Source: Archangium sp. (GTDB lineage Bacteria; Myxococcota; Myxococcia; Myxococcales; Myxococcaceae). From it: a stretch of 64,000 bases of DNA. The stretch is from contig JANLPS010000055.1 of the NCBI GenBank assembly GCA_031367385.1, forward strand, positions 1 through 64,000, read 5' to 3'. Shown piece by piece: positions 1-9,527 of this stretch (position 1 is its first letter; each line of letters starts with the position of its first letter). The notes beneath the pieces were generated by a model that saw only the letters and a program-made list of their open reading frames with translations, searched no databases and was not told where the DNA came from. Made by a program: the position numbers and the translations under genes.

Positions 1-3000
1 GGAGGCGACCTCGGCCCCTGGTCTGCCACCACCCCCTTGACCCTCGCCCGGTGGGGCCACACCAGCGTCGCGCTCAACGGCTACGTCTACGCCATCTCGG
101 GCGTCAACCAGGCCGGCATGTACCTGACCGACGTCTCGTACGCCCGGCCCAACGCCGACGGCAGCATCACCCGGTGGGACCCGACCACCCCCTTGCCCAC
201 CGGCCGTCAGCTCTTCGGCGCCGCCACGTGGAATGGGCGAATCTACGTCACCGGAGGCGACGCGGGGTTCTTGAACGACGTGGTGGTCTCGACCGCCAAC
301 CCCGACGGCACCTTGGGCCCGTGGACCACGGCGGGCACCTTCACCACCGCGCGCTACGGCCACGCCACCGCGGCGTACAACGGGTTTCTGTACGTCTACG
401 CGGGCGCGAACAGCGCAGACGTGAAGCTCGCCGACGTGCAGTTCGCCGCCATCAAGCCTGACGGCACCCTCGGCCCCTTCGCCGCCACCACCCCCCTCAC
501 CACCGCCCGCTACGTGCTCGGCGGCGTGGCCCAAAACGGTTTTCTCTACGCCGTCGGAGGCGCCACCGGCATGTTCGGCCCCTGGGTCGGCGAGGTGAAC
601 GCCGCGCCCATCAACGCCGACGGCACCTTGGGGGCGTGGGTCAACACCACGGCCCTCGCCACGCCTCGCGGCTACCACGCCACCCTGGCCTACAACGGCT
701 GGCTGATGATCGGCGGCGGCTTCGGCGGCCCCGGCTTCTTGAGTGACGTCGCGCAGGCGCCGCTCAACGCCGACGGCACCATCGGCAGCTGGGTCACCGT
801 GCCCAGCTTCAGCGGCGCGCGCGCCTACCAGAGCGCGGCCGGCGTCAACGGCAAGGTCTACCTCATCGGCGGCAGCACCGGCGGCAGCACCTTCAACGAC
901 GTGCTCGGCGCCACCGTTCTCGGCCCGCTCGCCATCGGGCAGTACTCCCGGCTCTTCGACTTCGGGGTCAACACCTCGCTCAACTCGGTCGTCGCCACCG
1001 GCAGCGCCAGCAACACCGGCATGACCAGCGTCGCCTTCGAAACCGCTCCCAGCGGCGGGCCGTTCGGCTTCCCGGTCGACAAGCACCAAGTGCCCCTCGG
1101 GCAGAGCACTGCCCTCTCGGTGACCGCGCGATACCTGTGGCTGCGGCTCACCCTCGATGACACCGGCAACACCACGGCGGTCACCAACGGGCGCGAACGC
1201 GACGTCGATGACGTGACGGTCACCGTCTTCGCTCCACTCGGCACACCGTGCAGCAGCGGCACCGAGTGCCTCAGCACGTTCTGCGCGTGGGGCGTGTGCT
1301 GCAACTCGCTGTGCGACCGCGGGTGCGAGGCCTGCAACCTCACCGGCCTCGTCGGCGTCTGCAGCCTCGAGCCCATGGGGTACGCCGGCACGCCCTCGTG
1401 CAGCCCCTACCTCTGCGGCGGCAACCCAAGCTGCCCGACGATGTGCTTCTCAGACATGCAGTGCATAAGCACCTCGTACTGCGCGAGCACCAGCTGCGTG
1501 CCCAAGCTCGCGAATGGCGCGGTATGCGGCGGCTCGAACGAGTGCGTCTCTGGGCAGTGCATCGACGGGTATTGCTGCAACACCGCGTGCGGCGGAGCCT
1601 GTGACGCTTGCAACCTGCCCGGCAACCTGGGCACCTGCCGCGCGCTCGCCGCGGGCGCCGCCGGGGCTCCTTCGTGCGCGCCGTACGTGTGCGGCGGTTC
1701 GACCGGGGCATGCGGGTCGAGCTGCACGACTGACACCCAATGCGCCGCGACGGCGTTCTGCAATGGCACCACCTGCATCGCCAAACGCGCCAACGGCGTT
1801 GCGTGCACCGCCGGCAACCAGTGCCAGACCGGGCAATGCATCGATGGGGTGTGCTGCAACTCCGCGTGCGGCGGGGCTTGCGATGCGTGCAACGTGACCG
1901 GCTCGATGGGGGTCTGCCAAGCGCTCGCCGCTGGAGCCCCCGGCACCCCTGCCTGTACCCCGTACCTCTGTGGAGGCGCCGCAAGCTGCCCCACCGCCTG
2001 CACCGTCGACACCCAGTGCACCCCCGCGGCGTTCTGCAATGGCACCGCCTGTGTGCCCAAGCGAGCCAATGGCGGCGCGTGTACCGCGGCCAACCAGTGC
2101 TCCAGTAACCAATGCGTCGATGGCGTGTGCTGCAACACGGCCTGCGGGGCGGCCTGCGATGCGTGCGACGTGGTCGGCTCAGAAGGTACGTGCACCTTCT
2201 CTCCCAAGGGGAGCCCCGGCGCGCCGCCATGCGCTCCGATGCTGTGCACCGGCAACCTGGCGAGCTGCCCGACCTCGTGCACCGACGACGCGAGCTGCGC
2301 GGTGGGGCAGTACTGTTTGAATTCGGTCTGTCAGGGGCGGCTCGACCCGGGCTTCGCGTGCACCGACCCGAATGAATGTGTCAGCCGCAACTGCGTCGAC
2401 GGCGTGTGCTGCAACTCAGCCTGCGGAGGCGCGTGCGACGCGTGCAACGTCACGGGGTCGGTGGGGCAGTGCACGGCGGTGGCGGTGGGCGGCGTGGGGG
2501 CTCCGAGCTGTGCGCCGTTCGTGTGTTACGGCAGCGCCGATTGCCCGACGAGCTGTACGACTGACGTGCAGTGCTCCAGCTCGACCTACTGCCAGGGCGG
2601 CGCGTGCGTGCCGAGGCAAGTCGCCGGCGCGGTCTGCGCCACGCCGCGCCAATGCGCCAGCGGGTTCTGCGCCGACGGCGTCTGCTGCAACGCGAGCTGC
2701 GACGGGTCGTGCGACTCGTGCAACCTTACCGGGTCAGTCGGGGCCTGCACGGTGCTGCCAGCTGGTACCCCGGGAGCGCCCTCCTGCGCGCCGTACGTGT
2801 GCACCGGCGCTGCTGCCTGCCCCACCGCGTGCGCCAATGACACGAGCTGCACGAACCTCACCGTCTGTGCCGAGGGCGTGTGCGGCGGGTCGCGAGATGG
2901 GGGGCCTGGCTTCGTGCATCAGTACGGCGTCGGCTGCGGGTGCGACTCGGCGGGCAGCGGAGTCATGGTGCTGCTGGCACTCCTTGCGCTGCTGCGCGCC

Positions 3001-3027
3001 AAGCCCCGCTCGCCCCAAGCCCGCTGA
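1..3027 (+). CDS. Kelch-like beta-propeller plus Cys-rich repeat surface protein with MYXO-CTERM-like tail (5' end lies outside the window)
   Basis: Frame 1 is open from base 1 (GGDLGPWSATTPL...). It has repeated 'YNGxLYxxGG...NADGTLGxW' Kelch-like blades, then six Cys-rich units containing CCNxxC, and ends GCGC + hydrophobic stretch + basic residues. Confidence 0.85.
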   Translation, partial: GGDLGPWSATTPLTLARWGHTSVALNGYVYAISGVNQAGMYLTDVSYARPNADGSITRWDPTTPLPTGRQLFGAATWNGRIYVTGGDAGFLNDVVVSTANPDGTLGPWTTAGTFTTARYGHATAAYNGFLYVYAGANSADVKLADVQFAAIKPDGTLGPFAATTPLTTARYVLGGVAQNGFLYAVGGATGMFGPWVGEVNAAPINADGTLGAWVNTTALATPRGYHATLAYNGWLMIGGGFGGPGFLSDVAQAPLNADGTIGSWVTVPSFSGARAYQSAAGVNGKVYLIGGSTGGSTFNDVLGATVLGPLAIGQYSRLFDFGVNTSLNSVVATGSASNTGMTSVAFETAPSGGPFGFPVDKHQVPLGQSTALSVTARYLWLRLTLDDTGNTTAVTNGRERDVDDVTVTVFAPLGTPCSSGTECLSTFCAWGVCCNSLCDRGCEACNLTGLVGVCSLEPMGYAGTPSCSPYLCGGNPSCPTMCFSDMQCISTSYCASTSCVPKLANGAVCGGSNECVSGQCIDGYCCNTACGGACDACNLPGNLGTCRALAAGAAGAPSCAPYVCGGSTGACGSSCTTDTQCAATAFCNGTTCIAKRANGVACTAGNQCQTGQCIDGVCCNSACGGACDACNVTGSMGVCQALAAGAPGTPACTPYLCGGAASCPTACTVDTQCTPAAFCNGTACVPKRANGGACTAANQCSSNQCVDGVCCNTACGAACDACDVVGSEGTCTFSPKGSPGAPPCAPMLCTGNLASCPTSCTDDASCAVGQYCLNSVCQGRLDPGFACTDPNECVSRNCVDGVCCNSACGGACDACNVTGSVGQCTAVAVGGVGAPSCAPFVCYGSADCPTSCTTDVQCSSSTYCQGGACVPRQVAGAVCATPRQCASGFCADGVCCNASCDGSCDSCNLTGSVGACTVLPAGTPGAPSCAPYVCTGAAACPTACANDTSCTNLTVCAEGVCGGSRDGGPGFVHQYGVGCGCDSAGSGVMVLLALLALLRAKPRSPQAR
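1240..2880 (+). repeat. Six tandem Cys-rich coding repeats of about 276-279 bp (92-93 aa)
   Basis: 'tgctgcaac' (CCN) recurs at 1297, 1573, 1852, 2128, 2407 and 2683. Confidence 0.9.
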
Positions 3028-3128
3028 TCTCGTCGGCCGCGTGTGACAGACTGCTCGCCGTGATCGCTCGCACATCGAATGCAGAACCGGGAGCCGCGCG
3101 TCGCTTGAATCGTTTGCTCGCGACCGGC

Positions 3129-3956
3129 ATGCCCTTCGTCATCGAGCTGCATCGCCCCTTCGTCACCGATGTGCCTCGGCTTCTTCAGGAGCTGGGGAAG
3201 CGACGGCTGCGAACGTCGTCGAGCTCCTTTCAGCTGCCCTTGAAATCGAAGCGGCTCGAGCTGTCGAAGTACCACCGGCTGGTGCGCATGCAGCTGCCCG
3301 CAGACCTCGAGGGCTCGCCGCTGCCGTACGTGTTTCACGACTTGCTGGGCAATGACGACCTGCGCGAAGGCCTCAGGCGCGATCGATGGAGGCACGAAGC
3401 GCTCGAGCAGTGGGCGACTCGATGCCCCGCGCCCGACTTCTTTTTCGCCCTCGCGAAGCGCACCCCCTCGGTGGCCGCGCGCCTCGCCTTTGGCCCCGCG
3501 GGCACGCACAGCGGTCTGCATCGCCATGGGGCCTCTGTCTGCGAGCTCATTTTCGGCACCAAGCGGTGGAACTTGCACGAAACGGCCGTCACCTCGCGGC
3601 TCAAGCCCGTCATCGAGGGCCTGCGGGTACCCTCACCGCAGGTGTTCTGGTGGAGCCACGTGGTGCCGGCGATGGAGACGACCCGCGGCGATGTTCGCAA
3701 GGTGCTTCGGCGCACGCTGACCGCGCTGGCGAAGCGGGGCCTCTTCGACGTCAAGCAGCTGGTTCACCTCGAGCGACCGCTCGACGCCTCGCAGGCCATC
3801 GGCGAGCGATTCACCCAGCACGCCGGCACGATCGTGTACTTGCCGCCGTTTTGGGGCCACAGCACCATCAACGACGATTGGTCGCTGGCGTTCGTGCAAG
3901 AGCTCAAGGGCGACGAAGCGACCCGTGCAGCGCTGCGAACGGCTGGCCCATCGTGA
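3129..3956 (+). CDS. JmjC/cupin-like Fe(II)-dependent oxygenase domain protein
   Basis: Motifs FGPAGTHSGLHRHG, GTKRW and QHAGTIVYLPPFWGHSTIN are typical of JmjC domains. The start codon is uncertain. Confidence 0.7.
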   Translation: MPFVIELHRPFVTDVPRLLQELGKRRLRTSSSSFQLPLKSKRLELSKYHRLVRMQLPADLEGSPLPYVFHDLLGNDDLREGLRRDRWRHEALEQWATRCPAPDFFFALAKRTPSVAARLAFGPAGTHSGLHRHGASVCELIFGTKRWNLHETAVTSRLKPVIEGLRVPSPQVFWWSHVVPAMETTRGDVRKVLRRTLTALAKRGLFDVKQLVHLERPLDASQAIGERFTQHAGTIVYLPPFWGHSTINDDWSLAFVQELKGDEATRAALRTAGPS

Positions 3957-4033
3957 CAGGGTCGCACACCCGAGCTCACAGGTTCTCTCGACCGAACGTG
4001 CAAGTTCCTTCCTTGTAACCTCACCTGGAACGT

Positions 4034-5704
4034 CTACATCGCCACGTCTTTGTCTGCATTGTTGGGAAACCGGCACCGAAACGTGGTGCCGCTGCCCAAC
4101 GCATTGACCCGCGCCGAGACCTCGCCCTGGTGCGCATCGACGATGCGCTTGACCACCGCGAGCCCCAACCCGGTACCCGTCGCCTTGGTCGTGAAGAACG
4201 GCTGAAACATCTTCTCGGCCGCGCGCGGTGACAACCCCACGCCCTCGTCTCTCACCTCAATCACCAAGAAATCAGCGCCCCCCTCGACCTCAATCAGCGC
4301 CCGCACCGTCACCGTGCCGCCCTTCGGCATCGCCTGCGCCGCGTTCACCAACAAGTTCACCAGCCCCTGCCGCATGAAGTGCGCATCGACGGGGAACAAT
4401 GGCAGCGCCACGGGTATCTCGGTCACCACTTTGACCTGCGGCGTGTGAATCGACTTGGTCGCAGCGTCAATCGCGCTCGCAATCACCGGCTCGATCGCGA
4501 TTGGCTTCTTCGTCAGCTCATACGGCCGCGCAAAGTCGAGCAGGTCGGCCACGATGCGGTTGAGCCGGTCGGCTTCTTCACCCACCATCGTGAGCAACAT
4601 CTCGGCGTCACCCGTCGGGTGCAGCAGCCGCTTGAGCGTGGTCAGCGAATTGAAAATCACGCCGAGCGGGTTTCGCACCTCGTGCGCCATGACCGCGGCG
4701 AGCTCACCCAGGGCCGCCAGCCGCTCGTGCCGCACCAACTCGGCCTGCGTTCTCGCCAGCTCGTCGTAGCTCTTCTTCAAGTCGATGTAGAGCTGCGACG
4801 CCTCGTTGTAGAGCCGCGCTCGCTCGAGCAGTGACGCCATCTGCACACCGAGCACCTCGGCCCCGCGCAATTCACGCTCGGTGTACGGAGTCTGTATCGT
4901 CCGCGCCAGGGTCAGCATGCCCACCGGCTGCTCCTCGATGAACAAAGGCACGATCGCCGTGTGCTCGAAGCCCGCCGCGCGGAGGTCTTCGACCTGGGTC
5001 ACCATCTGCGCCGCTGACGGGGGCCCGAACAACACCGGAGGCGCCTTCGGCAGCCGAAAGCGCCTGAACTTCTCGACCAGGCCGTTCTTCGCCGGCCCGC
5101 CATACGCATCGCCCACCATCACGAAGTCACCGCTCTGCGCATCGTAGCGGTGCAGCGCCGCCGCCTGGCTCTGCGTCGAGCGACAGACCGAGCGCAAGGC
5201 CCGATCCGAGACGTCGACCGAATCGGCGCGCGGCCCGACGACCGCCAGCTCATGCACGAGCTCCAGCTCGGCGTTCTGCCGCTCCATTCGCTCGGCGGCC
5301 TCGGCCAGCTCGAGCGCTCCAGCAAAAGCCCTGGCGAAGAGGCTGAACGCTGGCACCTCATTCGCCGTCAGCCCGGGGTGCATCACCACCAACACCCCCG
5401 CGCTTCGCCGCTGCTCGGCCAACGGCAGTACCAAGGAGGGCACCGCCACCACCGGCCCCCCACCCACCACATCGAACCAGCCATTCACCATCGCTGGGTC
5501 GTTCTGAAGCACCGCCGCGATGGGCTTCTGGCTCAGCCACCGGTACCGAACCGCGTCAGGGCGATCGATGATCGCGACCGCGAGGCCCTCCAGCTCGAGG
5601 CCGGTGGCGGCGAGGCGCATGACCTCTCCAACCGTGCGCGCGGCCTGCACCTGTGCCGCCAAAGGTGCCAAAACAGTCAACCAGTCGGTGCGAAGGGCAG
5701 TCAC
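4034..5704 (-). CDS. GAF-domain sensor histidine kinase (NtrB-like HisKA/HATPase)
   Basis: H-box AHEVRNPL, N-box NLLVNAAQA, G1 DEGVG, F-box FQPFFTTK and G2 GTGLGL, with GAF-like segments upstream. Start placed at GTG 5704. Confidence 0.92.
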   Translation of the reverse strand: MTALRTDWLTVLAPLAAQVQAARTVGEVMRLAATGLELEGLAVAIIDRPDAVRYRWLSQKPIAAVLQNDPAMVNGWFDVVGGGPVVAVPSLVLPLAEQRRSAGVLVVMHPGLTANEVPAFSLFARAFAGALELAEAAERMERQNAELELVHELAVVGPRADSVDVSDRALRSVCRSTQSQAAALHRYDAQSGDFVMVGDAYGGPAKNGLVEKFRRFRLPKAPPVLFGPPSAAQMVTQVEDLRAAGFEHTAIVPLFIEEQPVGMLTLARTIQTPYTERELRGAEVLGVQMASLLERARLYNEASQLYIDLKKSYDELARTQAELVRHERLAALGELAAVMAHEVRNPLGVIFNSLTTLKRLLHPTGDAEMLLTMVGEEADRLNRIVADLLDFARPYELTKKPIAIEPVIASAIDAATKSIHTPQVKVVTEIPVALPLFPVDAHFMRQGLVNLLVNAAQAMPKGGTVTVRALIEVEGGADFLVIEVRDEGVGLSPRAAEKMFQPFFTTKATGTGLGLAVVKRIVDAHQGEVSARVNALGSGTTFRCRFPNNADKDVAM

Positions 5705-5803
5705 TGAAGACCTCGATGTCGCTGATCGATTCTCACTGCTTGAGAAAGTGAGTGAAGGCGGCCGAACCCCACAACCCGCGCCGTGCTCGGCCGACAACAC
5801 AGC

Positions 5804-7252
5804 ATGACGCGGGTGATCTTCATTCTAGCAGTTGCGCTCTCTGGCACGGCTTCGGCCGCGGCGTGTAGCGAATTACCAGTTCTGTTCATCGTGCAAGACA
5901 AGTCGGGTTCGATGAATTTTGACCCAACCGGGGCCGCCGCCACCGCGACCAGCCCCTCGAAGTGGAGCGCCGCACAAAGCGTCGTGCCCGCCCTCGCCAA
6001 CCAGTTCGACCACCGCTTTCGCTTCGGCGCTTTGATGTACCCAGCCAGCACCACCCAGTTCAATTGCGACGTGGGCGTGCTCAAGACGCCAGTATCCGAC
6101 AACGCCAAAGCCATCGGCACCTCGTACAGCGCCGCGCTGGCCGGTGGCGGCACGCCGACTGCCACTTCGTTGACCGCGGCGAAGACCTACCTTCAGGGCC
6201 TGCACCTCACCACGCCCGCGTATGTGCTGCTCATCACCGACGGCCTGCCCAACTGCAACAGCGGCCTCAACGTGAACACCTGCACGTTCACCACGCCCAA
6301 GTGCGACGTCAAAGGCTGCGGCTTCGGAGCCCTCGACTGTCTCGACGACCAGGGCACCATCGCCGCCGCGCAGGCCCTCTTCGCCGCCAACATTCGCGTC
6401 TTCGTGGTGGGCTTCGACCCCTCGCTCACCTCGGGCAACAACCTCGCGGTGCTCAACGCCATCGCCTCGGCCGGTGGTACGACCAAGGCCTACACCGCCA
6501 GCAACAAGACCCAGCTGGCCGATGCGCTCAACGCCATCGCGCTCAACACCGCGACCTGTTGCAAAGACGCCTGCACTGCCGGAGCGACCCAGTGCGGAGA
6601 AGACGGCACCGCCCAGACCTGCGCCTTCGACGCCGTGGTCGGCTGCACCGTGTGGAACTCGCAGAGCTGCGGGGCCACGAAGAGCTGCAACAACGGCTCG
6701 TGCGCGAGCACCTGCACCAATGCCTGCACCGCCGGAGCGAAGCGGTGCACCAATCAGAGCGCCGAGCAATGCGTGACGGGCGGCAATGGCTGCACGTCAT
6801 GGGTGGCCGGCACGACCTGCGACAGCGGGCGCGGCGAGCAGTGCGTCGACGGCAGCTGCAAGGCGACCGTGTGCAAAGACGCCTGCGTCGACGGCGCGGT
6901 GCAGTGCGGTTCGGCGGGCCCCCAGGTATGCGTGAAGGTGACCGCGTGCACCGCGTGGCAAGACCTCGCGGCCTGCGACTCGAAGTCGATGTGCGTGACC
7001 GGCAAGTGCCGCCCGAAGTGCACCGGTGAGCTGGCGAGCTGCCTGCCCGGCAACACCTGCACCGACGGGCCCGGGGGCAAGGCGTGCTTGCCGACCACCG
7101 GGTCGGGCTCGGTCGATGCCGGCGTCGGCGGCAGTGGTGGGGTCAAAGACATCACCGCTCGCGCAGGGTGCGGGTGCCAGAGCGTCGACTCGGGGTTCAT
7201 GTTTGCAGCGCTGGCGCTGGCGATGCGGTGGGCGCGACGACGCAAGGCGTAA
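5804..7252 (+). CDS. Secreted VWA-domain protein with Cys-rich repeats and MYXO-CTERM-like tail
   Basis: Signal peptide, MIDAS DKSGS, GGTPT and LITDGLPN motifs, Cys-rich C-terminal half and GCGC-TM-RRRK tail. Confidence 0.88.
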   Translation: MTRVIFILAVALSGTASAAACSELPVLFIVQDKSGSMNFDPTGAAATATSPSKWSAAQSVVPALANQFDHRFRFGALMYPASTTQFNCDVGVLKTPVSDNAKAIGTSYSAALAGGGTPTATSLTAAKTYLQGLHLTTPAYVLLITDGLPNCNSGLNVNTCTFTTPKCDVKGCGFGALDCLDDQGTIAAAQALFAANIRVFVVGFDPSLTSGNNLAVLNAIASAGGTTKAYTASNKTQLADALNAIALNTATCCKDACTAGATQCGEDGTAQTCAFDAVVGCTVWNSQSCGATKSCNNGSCASTCTNACTAGAKRCTNQSAEQCVTGGNGCTSWVAGTTCDSGRGEQCVDGSCKATVCKDACVDGAVQCGSAGPQVCVKVTACTAWQDLAACDSKSMCVTGKCRPKCTGELASCLPGNTCTDGPGGKACLPTTGSGSVDAGVGGSGGVKDITARAGCGCQSVDSGFMFAALALAMRWARRRKA

Positions 7253-7289
7253 CGAGCCGGGCGCCTGCGCTCGGTGCTCGCCGACAGAC

Positions 7290-7478
7290 TTCTCTCGTGA
7301 ACCGGGTCGCTCGAAAAACGCAGGCAGCGTTCTCACGTGAACCGCCGGCCCCATCGTGCTGCGGCCTTCAGTGATTGCGCGGGCGATGCGGTGGGCGTGC
7401 GGAGCGAGCGAGGCCGCCAAAACTCGGCACTCGACACCTCCCGGCAGGCGCGAGATGACGGCCTTCTCCCGTGAACCG
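7290..7478 (+). promoter_or_regulatory. Three copies of the 15-bp motif TTCTCNCGTGAACCG upstream of the 7471 gene
   Basis: Copies at 7290-7304, 7330-7344 and 7464-7478 differ only at position 6. Confidence 0.5.
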
Positions 7479-8562
7479 CCCTCTCATCGCGCTTGGATTG
7501 GTGCTCGCTGCCTGCGGCGCGTTGTCGGTGCCGAACCGCGACGCCGGCACGACGGCAGATGCGGGCTCCCGCCCCTACGCCGGCTCAGACGGGGGCACAG
7601 CCCGAGATGCGTCGATGGGCCTCGATGCGAGCGTTTCGCCCACCTCTGACGCCTCGGTCGACGGTGCTGACGGCGGCCGGAGGTTGCCGAGATTCTCGTT
7701 GGTGCCGTTGGCCGCGGGCCTCGATGGCACCGAGATCGTCGCGATCTCCGGTGACCCCAACGACCTCTGGGCGATGCAGCACTCTGGCACCGTGTTGCAC
7801 TTCGACGGAGCCACCTTTCAAGTGGCGTTCACCCTCGACCGCACCGGCGCCGGGCTGTACGTCCGCGGCGAGCGAGTCGTACTGGCGACGTCCAACTCGC
7901 TGTATTCATGCACCGGCTCATGCACCAGCCTCTCGAGCTTCGCGGTGACGGCCGTTCGCACCGCCGACATTCTAACGGGCCTTTGCGGAGTCGATGCCGA
8001 CCGAGTCTTCGCAGTCGGCACGCGCGGGCCCGACACCTCGGCGCTGTACGACCCCATCAACGCGAGCCAATGGCTCTCGAGCCCCATTCCAGTCTCGCAA
8101 GCGTTGGCCTGCTCGGCCGGAGACGACGCGATCTATGTGGCCGGCACCGGCGGTGTGTACGTGTTCGGCAGGTTCAGCGGTTTTGAGCGACTCTTGAGCA
8201 ACCCACACCCCTTCTTGTCGGTGTTCGCCATCGGCAATGAAGTGCACGCTGGAGCTGACGAAGGCCGACTGTTTCGGCGCGACGCAGACGCAGGCACTTG
8301 GGCCAACGTCTCTCCTCCCGTGGCGTCGGCCCCGATTCTGGCCATCGGTGGCTTCGCGGCTGACGAGCTTTACGCCGGCAGCTCGAACACGGAACACCGC
8401 GCCTGGTCATGGTGGGATGGCAGCGCCTGGCACCGCGTCGACACCACCAATGGCGACTTTGCCGACCGCATCATCACCGTCATCTTCACGCTGAGCCCAG
8501 ACGAGATGTTGTGGGGCGGCCGTACGTCCAGCGGGCCGTTCATCCTCCGCGCGACGCGCTGA
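7471..8562 (+). CDS. Lipoprotein with DAG/DAS-rich linker and probable beta-propeller
   Basis: Lipobox LAAC, low-complexity DAG/DGG linker and repeated 'ISG..NDLWA / IGG..DELYA'-type blades. Confidence 0.75.
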   Translation: MNRPLIALGLVLAACGALSVPNRDAGTTADAGSRPYAGSDGGTARDASMGLDASVSPTSDASVDGADGGRRLPRFSLVPLAAGLDGTEIVAISGDPNDLWAMQHSGTVLHFDGATFQVAFTLDRTGAGLYVRGERVVLATSNSLYSCTGSCTSLSSFAVTAVRTADILTGLCGVDADRVFAVGTRGPDTSALYDPINASQWLSSPIPVSQALACSAGDDAIYVAGTGGVYVFGRFSGFERLLSNPHPFLSVFAIGNEVHAGADEGRLFRRDADAGTWANVSPPVASAPILAIGGFAADELYAGSSNTEHRAWSWWDGSAWHRVDTTNGDFADRIITVIFTLSPDEMLWGGRTSSGPFILRATR

Positions 8563-8670
8563 CTCCGCAGCCCGGGGTGCAGCGCGACCCGCCCCTGGCA
8601 GCGAGACCCTGGCACTGGGCCAGTCTCTCCTCGTACGCGGGTCGGATCGCGCTTTGCAAAACCCAACTGC

Positions 8671-9018
8671 ATGCACATCGCACTCGACGAACCGTCCCAG
8701 TTGCACCTGCAGTTGATCTCCGCCGCGGAGGTCGAGCAATCGATCGCCCGCATCGTGACCCGCTGGGACGCATCGGAAGCGGCGCACGAAACGTTTCGGC
8801 AGTGGGCCCGAGCGCGAGCGAGCGCCGCGAGCGACGTGGTCACCCTCAAGGCCGAGTTCCGCCAACTCCACGAAGCGCTGGCGCACACCCTGGTGCAACA
8901 CGGGCATGTCGACGAAGCACTGGTCAGCCGCCGGGCCTTTGTGGCGCACCTGATCGACGTCGTCGAACCGCAGGTCCCCGTCACCGCGCCCCGCCACACC
9001 TACCGCACCGCCGCCTGA
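8671..9018 (+). CDS. Small helical hypothetical protein
   Basis: 115-aa ATG ORF with host-like codon usage that fills the gap between flanking genes. Confidence 0.6.
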   Translation: MHIALDEPSQLHLQLISAAEVEQSIARIVTRWDASEAAHETFRQWARARASAASDVVTLKAEFRQLHEALAHTLVQHGHVDEALVSRRAFVAHLIDVVEPQVPVTAPRHTYRTAA

Positions 9019-9073
9019 GCGAACCCAGTCCCCTCGCTCGTCCTGAGGGACTCGAAGGACCTGAAGGCCCAAG

Positions 9074-9454
9074 TCACGCCCTCTTGACCTTTTTCACCTT
9101 CCCCTTCGCCTTCTTCACAGGCCCCGGCGCCTCCGCCGCCTGCCGATGCGCTTTCACGACCCACGGCGCCAGCGCCTCCGCATCATCGTGAAACGCCTCT
9201 GGCACGAGCACCCACTTCGACATCGGGTTCTTGCCGGCCGGGCTCCACGTTCTCGACCCGGGCATGGCCAGCAGGGCCTCGAAATCAGCCCGATCATGCA
9301 GCTTGAGCGCGATTCGGTCATCCCACTCCAGGGCGTAAATCTTGCCCTTCACGAAGAACGCATGGCTGCCGAACATGCGCTTGTTCGTCACCCCCGGGAG
9401 CCCCCGGCTGCACTCCTCGAGAAGCTCGATCAAAAACGCCTTCAAGGCACCCAT
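9074..9454 (-). CDS. TfoX/Sxy N-terminal domain family protein
   Basis: KRMFG...FVKGK and PMSKWVLVP...LAPWV motifs with a Lys-rich tail. Start at ATG 9454. Confidence 0.85.
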   Translation of the reverse strand: MGALKAFLIELLEECSRGLPGVTNKRMFGSHAFFVKGKIYALEWDDRIALKLHDRADFEALLAMPGSRTWSPAGKNPMSKWVLVPEAFHDDAEALAPWVVKAHRQAAEAPGPVKKAKGKVKKVKRA

Positions 9455-9527
9455 GGGGCCCAAATACACAGAAATTTCGCATGGCGCGACAGGGTGGTAG
9501 CTTGCTCGGCTCCGACCGACGGGCTCC

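Noticed and set aside
8643..8658. Sigma-54-like -24/-12 site CGGATCGCGCTTTGCA
   Set aside because: The spacing fits, but the -24 element is weak and the implied start would fall on the ATG, so support is insufficient.
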